A stretch of 64,000 bases of DNA from Bacteroidota bacterium (lineage in GTDB: Bacteria; Bacteroidota; Bacteroidia; AKYH767-A; 2013-40CM-41-45), in NCBI GenBank assembly GCA_043783155.1, contig JAYVZS010000065.1, positions 5,480 to 69,479 of the forward strand, read 5' to 3'. How positions within the stretch are numbered: position 1 is the stretch's first letter; the number at the start of each line of letters is the position of its first letter. Shown one piece after another: positions 19,694 to 28,926 of this stretch. A model generated the notes under the pieces. It was not told the DNA's origin, searched no databases, and was given only the letters and a program-made list of their open reading frames with translations. Position numbers and translations under genes: made by a program.

Positions 19694-21733
19694 CTATTTC
19701 AAAACATCTATACCAAGCACCTTCGAAATTTTCATTTTCACTTCTTCGAGTTCTTTGTGGTGTTCCATCAGGTGAATATATTCTTCGCCGCTTGAATGCG
19801 CTTCTTTAATTTTTTTTTGATTCTCCGTCAGCATCCTGATTACCTGTTTGTTCTTGAGATGATAGACTGATTTCTCAACACTGTCTTTTAGGTTTTTTTC
19901 TTCCAGTGGAACAAAAATCTGGTGCATCGCTTCCCAGTTTTCACTGAGCAAATAAATCGGGCTTAATAATTCAACAGCAAGACTGCTGATCTCTGGGTTT
20001 TCATTCGTCAGAAAAATATCAGGATTAAATTCTCCGGAATCTTTTACAACACTTGCAATGTCAGTGAACATTCTCGCACAAACTGCATTTTCAATTCCGA
20101 TGTTGTCGCGCTCTATTTCATCCACGATAAACCGGCACACTTTTACCGAAGTGGTAATGGTTTCTTTTTTTCCTGCATGATCAACGATACCCGTCTCTTC
20201 ATAAAAATGCAATTCATGGTTGCCGAAGTTTAACAACAGCCGCATAATTTCACGCTCCTGGGATTCTGTTCCACCGTCGTGCAACGGCTGCTCAACCTTC
20301 AATACATCGGGAAGCAATTCATCAATGTCGTCGCGCGGCATTTCCTTTTTCAGCTGCGCCCGACGAATTTTATTCAACTCCGTCAGTAACACCTGTTCGT
20401 CAATGTCCATCAGTGAACTGCAATGCTTCACATACGTAGCACGGATAATCTGGTCAGGAATTTTCGCGATGGTTTCAACAACTTCACGGATCAATCCGGC
20501 TTTACGCACAGGATCATTCTTAACTTCATTCAGCAACAAACCTGTTTTGAAAACCACAAAATCCTTCGCGTTGTTCGCGATGAAATCGAGCACTTCACTG
20601 CTGCTGTGTTTCCGTGAATATGAATCGGGATCGTCGCCGTCGGGAAAGAGAACCACTTTTACATTCAATCCTTCTTCGAGTACCAAATCAATTCCACGCA
20701 ACGACGCTTTGATTCCCGCGGGATCACCGTCATATAAAATGGTAATGTTCTTCGTGTAGCGGCCGATCAACCGGATTTGTTCAACGGTAAGCGCCGTGCC
20801 GGAAGAGGCGGCAACATTTTCAATGCCCGACTGGTGAAGCGATATCACATCCGTATATCCTTCTACCAAATAACAATTGTCATGTTTAATGATGGCATTC
20901 TTCGCGAAGAAAATTCCGTACAACACATTGCTCTTGTGATATACTTCCGACTCGGGCGAATTGATGTACTTCGCTGCCTTGTCATCTTTCTTTAGAATCC
21001 GTCCGCCGAAAGCAATCACTCTTCCACTCAGGTTTTGAATCGGAAACATGACGCGGCCCCGGAAGCGATCAAGATACCTCACCCCAACCCTCTCTCCCGC
21101 TTTCATCGGGATAGACTCCGGAGAGAGGGTGCTGTCTCCGGAGGTAGATGAAGTTTGTTCTGTTTTCTCAATTGCCAATCCCGTTTTCACGAGAAACTCC
21201 TTTTGAAAACCATTTGCTAAAGCGGCCTTTACAAAAGCCTCCCATTCACCGAGAGAATAACCGAGTTGAAATTTCTGAATGATCTCGTTATTGAATCCAC
21301 GTTCTTTAAAATAAGACAGTCCAATCGCTTTGCCTTCTTCACTTTCTAAAAGTTGTTCTGAAAAATATTTTTGCGCAAAGGCATTCAACACGAGCATACT
21401 CTCTTTCTCATCGCGCAGCATCGTTTGTTCGGGCGATACCTTCTCCTCCTCTATCTCGATATTATATTTTTTCGCGATGTAACGCAAAGCTTCAGGGTAG
21501 GTAACGTGCTCGTGCTCCATGATAAAATTCACGGCCGTTCCTCCTTTGCCGCATCCGAAACATTTAAAAATATTTCGTGCCGGATTTACATTGAACGATG
21601 GCGTTTTCTCATTGTGAAAAGGACACAAGCCAAGCAAATTCACTCCGCGCTTTTTAAGCGACACAAAATCACCCACCACTTCTTCGATGCGTGCCGTTTC
21701 AAATATTTTATCAATTGTACTCTTGTTAATCAT
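19694..21733 (-). CDS. dnaG: DNA primase
   Basis: Zinc-binding CPFH...CFGC, DRFRGRVMFPI, KYINSPE, Toprim VEGYTDV and YDGD/DPD motifs. Confidence 0.98.
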   Translation of the reverse strand: MINKSTIDKIFETARIEEVVGDFVSLKKRGVNLLGLCPFHNEKTPSFNVNPARNIFKCFGCGKGGTAVNFIMEHEHVTYPEALRYIAKKYNIEIEEEKVSPEQTMLRDEKESMLVLNAFAQKYFSEQLLESEEGKAIGLSYFKERGFNNEIIQKFQLGYSLGEWEAFVKAALANGFQKEFLVKTGLAIEKTEQTSSTSGDSTLSPESIPMKAGERVGVRYLDRFRGRVMFPIQNLSGRVIAFGGRILKKDDKAAKYINSPESEVYHKSNVLYGIFFAKNAIIKHDNCYLVEGYTDVISLHQSGIENVAASSGTALTVEQIRLIGRYTKNITILYDGDPAGIKASLRGIDLVLEEGLNVKVVLFPDGDDPDSYSRKHSSSEVLDFIANNAKDFVVFKTGLLLNEVKNDPVRKAGLIREVVETIAKIPDQIIRATYVKHCSSLMDIDEQVLLTELNKIRRAQLKKEMPRDDIDELLPDVLKVEQPLHDGGTESQEREIMRLLLNFGNHELHFYEETGIVDHAGKKETITTSVKVCRFIVDEIERDNIGIENAVCARMFTDIASVVKDSGEFNPDIFLTNENPEISSLAVELLSPIYLLSENWEAMHQIFVPLEEKNLKDSVEKSVYHLKNKQVIRMLTENQKKIKEAHSSGEEYIHLMEHHKELEEVKMKISKVLGIDVLK
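21077..21130. repeat. Palindromic element inserted in frame within dnaG
   Basis: CCTCACCCCAACCCTCTCTCC...GGAGAGAGGGT (11-bp perfect stem 21087-21097/21120-21130) with an inner TCCCG...CGGGA pair. It matches the reverse complement of the MITE hairpin (GAGAGGGTTGGGGTGAGG). Confidence 0.75.
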
Positions 21734-22734
21734 TGCAATGCTAATTTTTTATACCGCGTGTCCCTGGGTTTTTTCGGAACTGCATTCGCGATAAACTGGG
21801 CAATGGTATTGTAATATTCTTCCCCGCCTGTTTGTTCAATGTTATCATGTCCGGCTTTCTTCACCAAAATTAAATTTTTTTCTTTTGCTCCCGACGAGTC
21901 ATACACAGCATAGGTTTCGATTGGCTGGATAATTTCATCATTGTCACCGCAAATAAACAGACTCGGAATTTTTACATACTTGATCACCTCCGACAGGTTC
22001 AGTTCTGTCAGTTCATATTGAAGTCGTTTTTCCAACGCCCTTTCTAGCACAGGATGAAAAATAAAACTCATCTTGCCCCATTTTCTTTTTGAATACTGGC
22101 TGACATAGGCCGAGAAATCGCTGAAGGGACTTTGTGAAATCAATGCAGAAAATCGTTCGTCGATACTTGCTGCCTGTATCACAATAGCCGCTCCCATTCC
22201 CGATCCGAAAACAGCAATGTGGTTCGTACTCTTTTTTTTCAGTAAGCTGTCGACAATGTTTTTGAAATCAGATACTGCGGCCATGCCCGGAGAAAACTCA
22301 GTGCCGTCACTGTTCCCATGTGCGCGCATGTCAATCGCGCATATATTCAAACCCCTGTCGTTCATCTGCTTCATCATGTTCAGGTAATTAATTTTACTTT
22401 GACTGAGATCATGAATAATGAGCAATGTATTCGCTTCTTCGTCACCGTTCGCAATGTACCAGCCACGAAGAATAAGTCCGTCTGCTGTCTGTACATCAAA
22501 CTTTTCGTACTTCATTCCGAGTGATGATGGATTGAAAAGAACGGGTAGTGCTTTTCCCAGAGAATCGTGAGAAGCTGTCCTGGTGGCCCGCTCAGACTCA
22601 TACTTCACATACAACGAATCGACCCTGACAGGATAAATCAGATCAGGCGCAACGAAGAATGTGCTTGCAAAAATAAATGCAGCGATGAGAAGAAGCAGGG
22701 ATGCAACAGAATAAAAAAATTTGTTCAACGTCAT
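21730..22734 (-). CDS. Alpha/beta hydrolase with an N-terminal membrane anchor
   Basis: TADGLILRGWY, nucleophile elbow GSGMG, ICGDND, GH motif; its stop overlaps the dnaG start by 4 bp. Confidence 0.88.
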   Translation of the reverse strand: MTLNKFFYSVASLLLLIAAFIFASTFFVAPDLIYPVRVDSLYVKYESERATRTASHDSLGKALPVLFNPSSLGMKYEKFDVQTADGLILRGWYIANGDEEANTLLIIHDLSQSKINYLNMMKQMNDRGLNICAIDMRAHGNSDGTEFSPGMAAVSDFKNIVDSLLKKKSTNHIAVFGSGMGAAIVIQAASIDERFSALISQSPFSDFSAYVSQYSKRKWGKMSFIFHPVLERALEKRLQYELTELNLSEVIKYVKIPSLFICGDNDEIIQPIETYAVYDSSGAKEKNLILVKKAGHDNIEQTGGEEYYNTIAQFIANAVPKKPRDTRYKKLALQ

Positions 22735-22751
22735 GATTTGGCGAATAATCG

Positions 22752-22881
22752 GTAGTGTCTCAGTTTGATGTTTGTATGATTACGTTATGCCTGTAGCGAA
22801 TTACGAATTAATACGAATGTACGAATACGCGAATTGATATTCTCAGCGTGAAATATTTCGCTACTTAAACTGAGTCACTAC
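22752..22881. repeat. GTAGTG...CACTAC-bounded REP/MITE-like element C
   Basis: 17-bp terminal inverted repeats with 2 mismatches (GTAGTGTCTCAGTTTGA / TTAAACTGAGTCACTAC); interior has short (A)CGAAT repeats. Confidence 0.75.
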
Positions 22882-23015
22882 AGAATAATCCCCCGGAGAA
22901 TAAAAGTAGTATTTTTTTTTAAGATGGTGGGTATTTGCACCAGGCACGGGCTTAAACCGCTTTTGTTAGAAATAAATTATCAAAAAACAATTGATCAAAA
23001 AATTTTAAATTTTAT

Positions 23016-23175
23016 AACTACTGTCCGACAAAAAAGATACTCACCTCTTGAAACATCTATCGATAGCAGGGATTAGCCCCTCTCCCTCGGAGAGGGTTGG
23101 GGTGAGGTCAATAAGGCAGAAACCAATGGTGACGGCATATTCAAAGCGACAAAAAATATTCCCCGGACAATAGTG
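23016..23175. mobile_element. 160-bp MITE-like element, copy 2
   Basis: Direct repeat of 19318-19478 differing at about 4 positions; ends AACTACTGTCCG / CGGACAATAGTG; perfect CCCTCTCC-CTC-GGAGAGGG hairpin. Confidence 0.85.
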
Positions 23176-23294
23176 AAATTTTATAATTTCAAATTCCTTG
23201 CTTTGAAGAAAATGATAATTATTGATTCGATTTTATTTGATCAATTGTTATTTGATAATTGGTCATTCGTTATGACCGCTGGTCATTAAAACTT

Positions 23295-24278
23295 TCAATT
23301 CTCCCTCTCAATGGTAAACTTCACCAGGTCTTTTAATTTTTCCTTATAAATCCCTTCATCAAAATCATTTAAAATGGTAAACGCTTTTTGTTCGTACTCT
23401 TTCATTCTGCTCACGGCATATTCAATGCCTCCGTTTTGTTTTACGAAAGCGATGACTTCTTTCACTTTTGCATCTTCTGTGTTGTGATTTTTTATGATGT
23501 TGACGACGTGACGCTTCACGCTTCGATCCGCTTTGCTCAACGTATAAATCAGCGGCAACGTCATTTTACTTTCCTTGATGTCGATGCCGGTTGGTTTCCC
23601 GATGATGCCATCGGGACCATAATCGAACAGGTCGTCTTTGATCTGGAAAGCGATGCCGATGCATTCTCCGAAAGCATGCATGCGTTGTACAACCTCTTCG
23701 TTGGCTCCCGCTGAAGCGGCTCCGCAGGCGCAACATGAAGCAATAAGAGAAGCCGTTTTCTGTCGGATGATTTCAAAATAAATATCTTCCTTGATGTCGA
23801 GGCGGCGCGCCTTTTCAATCTGCAGCAATTCTCCTTCGCTCATCACTTTCACCGCTTCGCTTACAATTTTCAGCAGGTTGTGGTCATTGTTTTCAACTGA
23901 TAACAAGAGCCCTTTGCTCAACAAATAATCTCCGACCAGCACAGCAATTTTATTTTTCCACAGCGCGTTCAATGAAAAGAAACCCCGGCGTTCATTTGAA
24001 TCATCTACTACATCATCGTGAACAAGTGTGGCTGTATGGAGCAATTCAATCAATGCGGCAGCGCGGTAGCTGGCTTCGGAAATTCCTCCGCACATGCCTG
24101 AAGAAAGAAACACGAACATCGGCCGCATCTGTTTTCCCTTTCGTTTCACGATGTAATGCGTGATACGGTCAAGCAGCGGCACGGAACTTTTCATGGAAGC
24201 CCTGAACTTTTTTTCAAAGTCATCCATCACCAAAGCAATGGGTGCTTTGATTTCGTCCAGTGTAAGTATTTTACTCAT
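23295..24278 (-). CDS. ispB: Polyprenyl (octaprenyl-like) diphosphate synthase
   Basis: GKQMRP, FARM LVHDDVVD...RRG, KTASL, SARM FQIKDDLFD, GKP. Confidence 0.9.
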   Translation of the reverse strand: MSKILTLDEIKAPIALVMDDFEKKFRASMKSSVPLLDRITHYIVKRKGKQMRPMFVFLSSGMCGGISEASYRAAALIELLHTATLVHDDVVDDSNERRGFFSLNALWKNKIAVLVGDYLLSKGLLLSVENNDHNLLKIVSEAVKVMSEGELLQIEKARRLDIKEDIYFEIIRQKTASLIASCCACGAASAGANEEVVQRMHAFGECIGIAFQIKDDLFDYGPDGIIGKPTGIDIKESKMTLPLIYTLSKADRSVKRHVVNIIKNHNTEDAKVKEVIAFVKQNGGIEYAVSRMKEYEQKAFTILNDFDEGIYKEKLKDLVKFTIEREN

Positions 24279-24282
24279 TTCG

Positions 24283-24302
24283 CCTGTCTGCCGGTTGGCA
24301 GG
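24283..24302. repeat. 20-bp imperfect palindrome in the 5' leader of the prenyl synthase gene
   Basis: CCTGTCTGCCGGTTGGCAGG, 4 nt upstream of the minus-strand ATG at 24278. Confidence 0.55.
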
Positions 24303-24524
24303 GAGTGCGAAAGTAGGGGAAAAAATTGTATCGGGATGTAATGTTTGTCAGTTGAAAATAATTTCGACTACTTAAACAGAGACTTCAAAATGTCGTGGCA
24401 TCGAACTTTTCCCTACGAATATAATTTTGTAAGTTTGATTTCTGGCAACCTCTATTCATATCATCCTTGGAATGATTTATACTTATTATTGCAAAGGCAA
24501 CTTGTACACCTTAATGCGTGTTAA

Positions 24525-26021
24525 ATGAACAATCTTTTCTTTGGAATATTGACAATTACTTTTTGCGCAATCGGATATTTCTTTTCCTGGAAATATCAGG
24601 CAAAGGATAATTTTAAAATTGCTGTCCTGCTGTTGCTTCTTTGCGGATTTGCTCTTCGTCTTTTTACTTCAACCGATTTCTTTCTTCACGTATGGGATGA
24701 AAGATACCACGCCCTTGTTGCAAAAAATCTTATTGGACATCCGATGACCCCAACACTTTACAATGATTCATTTCTTCCGCATGATGTAAAGAGTTGGACT
24801 GCCGGCTATGTCTGGCTTCACAAACAACCGTTACCATTATGGTCAATGGCTTTCAGCATGTGGGTATTTGGCACGAATGAAATTGCCTTGCGTCTTCCTT
24901 CAATTCTTCTCAGTACCATTGGAATAGGTCTTACTTTTCTTATCGGCAGTTATTTTTTCAATAAAAAAATCGGATACCTCGCTGCTTTTTTTTATTCTAT
25001 CAACGGATTGATTATAGAATTAACCGCCGGAAGAGTTGCAACAGATCATATCGATATTTTCTTTTTATTCTTTATTGAACTCGCGATTCTCTTCACCATA
25101 CTGTTTTCACTAAAAAGAAAAACAATTTACAATGTGATGACAGGGATTTGCATTGGGGCAGCCATTTTATCAAAGTGGTTACCTGCGTTAATTGTCTTGC
25201 CCATCTGGTTGTTGATTGTAATTGATTCAGGAAATTTTAAAACCCGTTCCATCATTTTACAATCTATCATTTTACTATTCACCATGATGGCCATTTTCCT
25301 GCCGTGGCAGATTTATACATTCAAAGTATTTCCTGTTGAGGCGAATTTTGAAGCAAGCTTTAATATTAAACATATTACTGAGGTGCTTGAGGGTCAAACC
25401 GGCCCCTGCTATTATTATCTTGATAAAATAAGAATCAATTATGGTGAACTGATTTATCTGCCATTGCTTTGGTTTCTTTGGAAGACAATGAAAGACAAAA
25501 AAAACTATAAACGAATCGCAATATCTATTTGGTTCCTGATTCCTTTTTTTTTCTTCTCATTCGCAAAAACAAAAATGCAGGGATATATTCTCTTTACATC
25601 ACCGGCATTATTTATCATGTCTTCCGAATTTTGGTATATGCTCGCTGATTCCAAAAAGCAACTCAGCTCAAAATGGATTTTCAATTTGATTTTAATATTG
25701 CTGATTGCATTACCCGTCAGATATTCCATCGAACGAATTAAGCCTTTTGAAAAAACCGACAGGAATCCACAATGGGTATCGGATCTGAAAAAACTAAATG
25801 AAAAAAAATATTTGAAAGGTGTATTATTTAATTATCCAAAACCAATCGAAGCAATGTTTTATACTAATCTTACCGTTTATCCTGACTTACCTGACAATGT
25901 ATTGGTGGATAAATTACAGCAAGCAGGATACTACATTCTTCTTAATGACAATCCCAATGCACCTAAAGATATTTCTACCCTCAAATGTTCTGAACATCTG
26001 CACTTAAGTGTGCCGAATTGA
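24525..26021 (+). CDS. ArnT/PMT-like (GT-C) membrane glycosyltransferase
   Basis: Polytopic; WDERYHA acidic first-loop motif, KQPLPLWS, LRLPS, DHID, LSKW. Confidence 0.85.
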   Translation: MNNLFFGILTITFCAIGYFFSWKYQAKDNFKIAVLLLLLCGFALRLFTSTDFFLHVWDERYHALVAKNLIGHPMTPTLYNDSFLPHDVKSWTAGYVWLHKQPLPLWSMAFSMWVFGTNEIALRLPSILLSTIGIGLTFLIGSYFFNKKIGYLAAFFYSINGLIIELTAGRVATDHIDIFFLFFIELAILFTILFSLKRKTIYNVMTGICIGAAILSKWLPALIVLPIWLLIVIDSGNFKTRSIILQSIILLFTMMAIFLPWQIYTFKVFPVEANFEASFNIKHITEVLEGQTGPCYYYLDKIRINYGELIYLPLLWFLWKTMKDKKNYKRIAISIWFLIPFFFFSFAKTKMQGYILFTSPALFIMSSEFWYMLADSKKQLSSKWIFNLILILLIALPVRYSIERIKPFEKTDRNPQWVSDLKKLNEKKYLKGVLFNYPKPIEAMFYTNLTVYPDLPDNVLVDKLQQAGYYILLNDNPNAPKDISTLKCSEHLHLSVPN

Positions 26022-26024
26022 TCC

Positions 26025-27221
26025 ATGAAAAAAATTTCAATTTTATTTTTTTTTAACCTGTGTATAGTAAAAACTATTTTTTCACAATACAATAATTGTT
26101 ATTTAGATCATGTGAGAATGTCGGGCAATGAAATTCCTCCCTGCAGTTATGAGTATACCCGGGAATTTGAAGATGACTTTGATGCCGATTCACTGGATTT
26201 AACTAAATGGAAATTGCAGGATTTTGGCCAGGGAGAAACAAACGGATCCGATAAAGAAGGATATTACTCGTTGGATAATATTTCCCTGTTAAAAGAATCC
26301 GGAATTTCTTTCTGTCGTGTCACAGCAAAAAAAGAAACTGTTATCAGGCGAGCTGTGTCATGGAAGCCGGATAATGAAATTCTCGAAGACGGTCTTCCCA
26401 ATCGAAGAACCTTCTATTATACTTCATCCAACATTTGGTCACAAGATGAATACTTATACGGCAAATACGAAATGCGATGCCGAATGCCTGGTGGCAAAGG
26501 ATTTTGGCCCGCGTTCTGGATGTTTGGCGGTTCTCCTTGGAATGAAATCGATGTGTTTGATAATTATGGGGGAATAACAAAGTTGGAAACCAGCATTGGA
26601 TATGGCGAGAAGCCTCACCACAATGGTTGTCCACAGGAATATTCGAATTTTGATTTTTCAACCTGGCATACTTTCACGTGCTTTTTTACTCCGGCTAAAA
26701 TCGGATGGTTCATTGATCATACCCTCGTAAGAGTAAGTAATCGGTATTACTTCAATACTGATCCGGAGCCCATTTCCTGTGAGAGCGCAGGTGCGAATGG
26801 AAATTATTATGAACTACAGGCATATCCCCGAGGAAAAATGCATATTGTTTTTGGTCTGCAAATAGGTTCGGGCAATGGGCCCTGTGAAGCACCGGATGGT
26901 CAAACACAATTTCCTGCTGCATTTGATATTGACTACATAAAATTTTTCCGCCAGGAAGCCCGATCTTCATTTTGCGATGATGTTTCTATTTCATTGTTTC
27001 CAAATCCAACATCGGGTTTATTCGAGATAAAATTTGACAATAACGATAGTTCCTGTAAAGCAATTTTTGTTTCTGACATGATTGGCAAATCGGTTTGGCA
27101 AAAAATAAATACAACAGAATCCTCCTTTACGATTGATCTTTCTCATTACCCCAGCGGCGTATACATCATTAAAATAATGTTTAAAGACTGCGTAGTAGTG
27201 AAAAATCTGGTTTATTTTTAA
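26025..27221 (+). CDS. GH16-family protein with a T9SS sorting domain
   Basis: FEDDF..LDLTKW, YTSS, YGKYEMR, GFWPAFW, EIDVFD, WHTF; CTD LFPNPTSG...PSGVYIIKI. Confidence 0.88.
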   Translation: MKKISILFFFNLCIVKTIFSQYNNCYLDHVRMSGNEIPPCSYEYTREFEDDFDADSLDLTKWKLQDFGQGETNGSDKEGYYSLDNISLLKESGISFCRVTAKKETVIRRAVSWKPDNEILEDGLPNRRTFYYTSSNIWSQDEYLYGKYEMRCRMPGGKGFWPAFWMFGGSPWNEIDVFDNYGGITKLETSIGYGEKPHHNGCPQEYSNFDFSTWHTFTCFFTPAKIGWFIDHTLVRVSNRYYFNTDPEPISCESAGANGNYYELQAYPRGKMHIVFGLQIGSGNGPCEAPDGQTQFPAAFDIDYIKFFRQEARSSFCDDVSISLFPNPTSGLFEIKFDNNDSSCKAIFVSDMIGKSVWQKINTTESSFTIDLSHYPSGVYIIKIMFKDCVVVKNLVYF

Positions 27222-27281
27222 TTCCATGTTTGTCAATAAGAACCGACGGCTGAAATAATTTTTTTCTTTCCCAATGTTTTT

Positions 27282-27289
27282 TATCTTTG
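27282..27289 (+). promoter_or_regulatory. Bacteroidota -7 promoter element (TATCTTTG)
   Basis: Matches TAnnTTTG, 35 nt upstream of ATG 27325. Confidence 0.55.
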
Positions 27290-27324
27290 ATTATTCCCGT
27301 CACCCCGTCCAACACTAAAACCTT

Positions 27325-28749
27325 ATGAAACCCGCACCGGTCATAGCAATTATAGGAGGAGGTTATTGTGGCACTTTTACACTGATCCAGCTTTTACGAC
27401 AGGCAACTAAACCGGTTCACATCATCCTGATCAATAAAAAGTACCCGCTTGCAAAAGGAGTGGCATACGGCACCAGCGAAGAGAAACATTTGCTCAATGT
27501 GGCTGCCGGTAAGATGAGCGCAATCCCGGATGACACGGAGCATTTTGTGCGCTGGGTGAAAAGTAAAAAATCACTGAAGAAATATGTGAACGATGATTTG
27601 CCGCTGTCTTATTTGCCACGCAATGTATACGGAAATTATTTACAATCGATTTTTGAAGACACCGTAAAACGAAAAGCCGCTTTCGTTCAACACACCGTTT
27701 TACAGGACGAAGCAAAAGATATCATTCCGCAGGTGAATAAATATAAAATCATGCTGCATGCAAACAAAGCCGTGACGGCCGATAAAGTAGTGCTTGCAAC
27801 AGGAAATTTTCCGCCGGCACAACTTCCGATCAAGGACGAAAATTTTTATACAAGTGAGAAATATTTTGGTAATCCGTGGAATACTTCAACAACGGAAAAC
27901 ATTCCTGCCGGAGAAACAGTACTCATCGTCGGAACGGGGCTAACCATGCTTGATACTGCATTAAGCATTGCCGGAAAAAATTTCAAAGGAAAAATAATCG
28001 CACTGTCGAGAAACGGTTTACTTCCGTTATATCACAAACGAAGAAAGCCATACCCGCAGTTGCTCGATGACCTGAAACCTCCTTACCGGCTCGATGATTT
28101 GTATGAAATTTATTTTAAGCACATCCAAATATTGCGTGCCGAAGGAAATCCGGCGGAAGCATTGATGGACGCCATCCGTCCGAAAATTCAGGAGATCTGG
28201 ATGAGTTTTTCACGGGCGGAGAAAGTCCAGTTCATGGAACACGTGAAACCATACTGGAATGTTACCCGACATCGCGCATCGCGACAGGTTCATGATTCGA
28301 TTACGAAACTGATCAAAAAAAATACGCTTTCTGTTATCGCCGGACGACTCATTTCCATTACTGAAACAGACACTTCCATTGAAGTGACTTTCCGTGAAAA
28401 GAAAACGCTGAAGAATAGGACTATTCATGTGAATCGCGTCATCAACTGCACAGGACCGGAAACAGACATCTCCAAAATAAATGATGCGCTGATCAAAAAT
28501 CTTTTGCAGCGCGGGTTCATTTGTCAGGATGAATTGAAACTCGGAATGAATGCATTGCCTTGCGGAACCATCATTCAGCGCGACAATAGTCTGTCGTCTT
28601 TTATGTTCACAATCGGTACCAACCTGAAAGGTATTCTTTGGGAAAGCACGGCAATTCCTGAATTGCGCTCACAGGTAAAAGAACTTGCCGCCGAATTGCT
28701 GAGACAGTTGTCCGTTCCGAAATCATCACAAAGAAAAATCAGGATATAA
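27325..28749 (+). CDS. FAD/NAD(P)-binding protein
   Basis: IIGGGYCG, GVAYGT..HLLNV, VVLATGN, IVGTGLT, INCTG, LWESTAIPELR. Confidence 0.88.
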   Translation: MKPAPVIAIIGGGYCGTFTLIQLLRQATKPVHIILINKKYPLAKGVAYGTSEEKHLLNVAAGKMSAIPDDTEHFVRWVKSKKSLKKYVNDDLPLSYLPRNVYGNYLQSIFEDTVKRKAAFVQHTVLQDEAKDIIPQVNKYKIMLHANKAVTADKVVLATGNFPPAQLPIKDENFYTSEKYFGNPWNTSTTENIPAGETVLIVGTGLTMLDTALSIAGKNFKGKIIALSRNGLLPLYHKRRKPYPQLLDDLKPPYRLDDLYEIYFKHIQILRAEGNPAEALMDAIRPKIQEIWMSFSRAEKVQFMEHVKPYWNVTRHRASRQVHDSITKLIKKNTLSVIAGRLISITETDTSIEVTFREKKTLKNRTIHVNRVINCTGPETDISKINDALIKNLLQRGFICQDELKLGMNALPCGTIIQRDNSLSSFMFTIGTNLKGILWESTAIPELRSQVKELAAELLRQLSVPKSSQRKIRI

Positions 28750-28926
28750 TATTTTTGGTTGCGGGTTCGTGATGTAAAAAAATTGCGTCATGCTGGAAGC
28801 AACTTGTTTATTCGTAGTTTATCTTTTTCCAAATCACACGGATGATGAATTGAAAGAACCAATCTTTTCACGAACAGGATTCTTCGGGAATGACTTTGAA
28901 GTTAGTGCCGTATTTATTCGGAAAAA

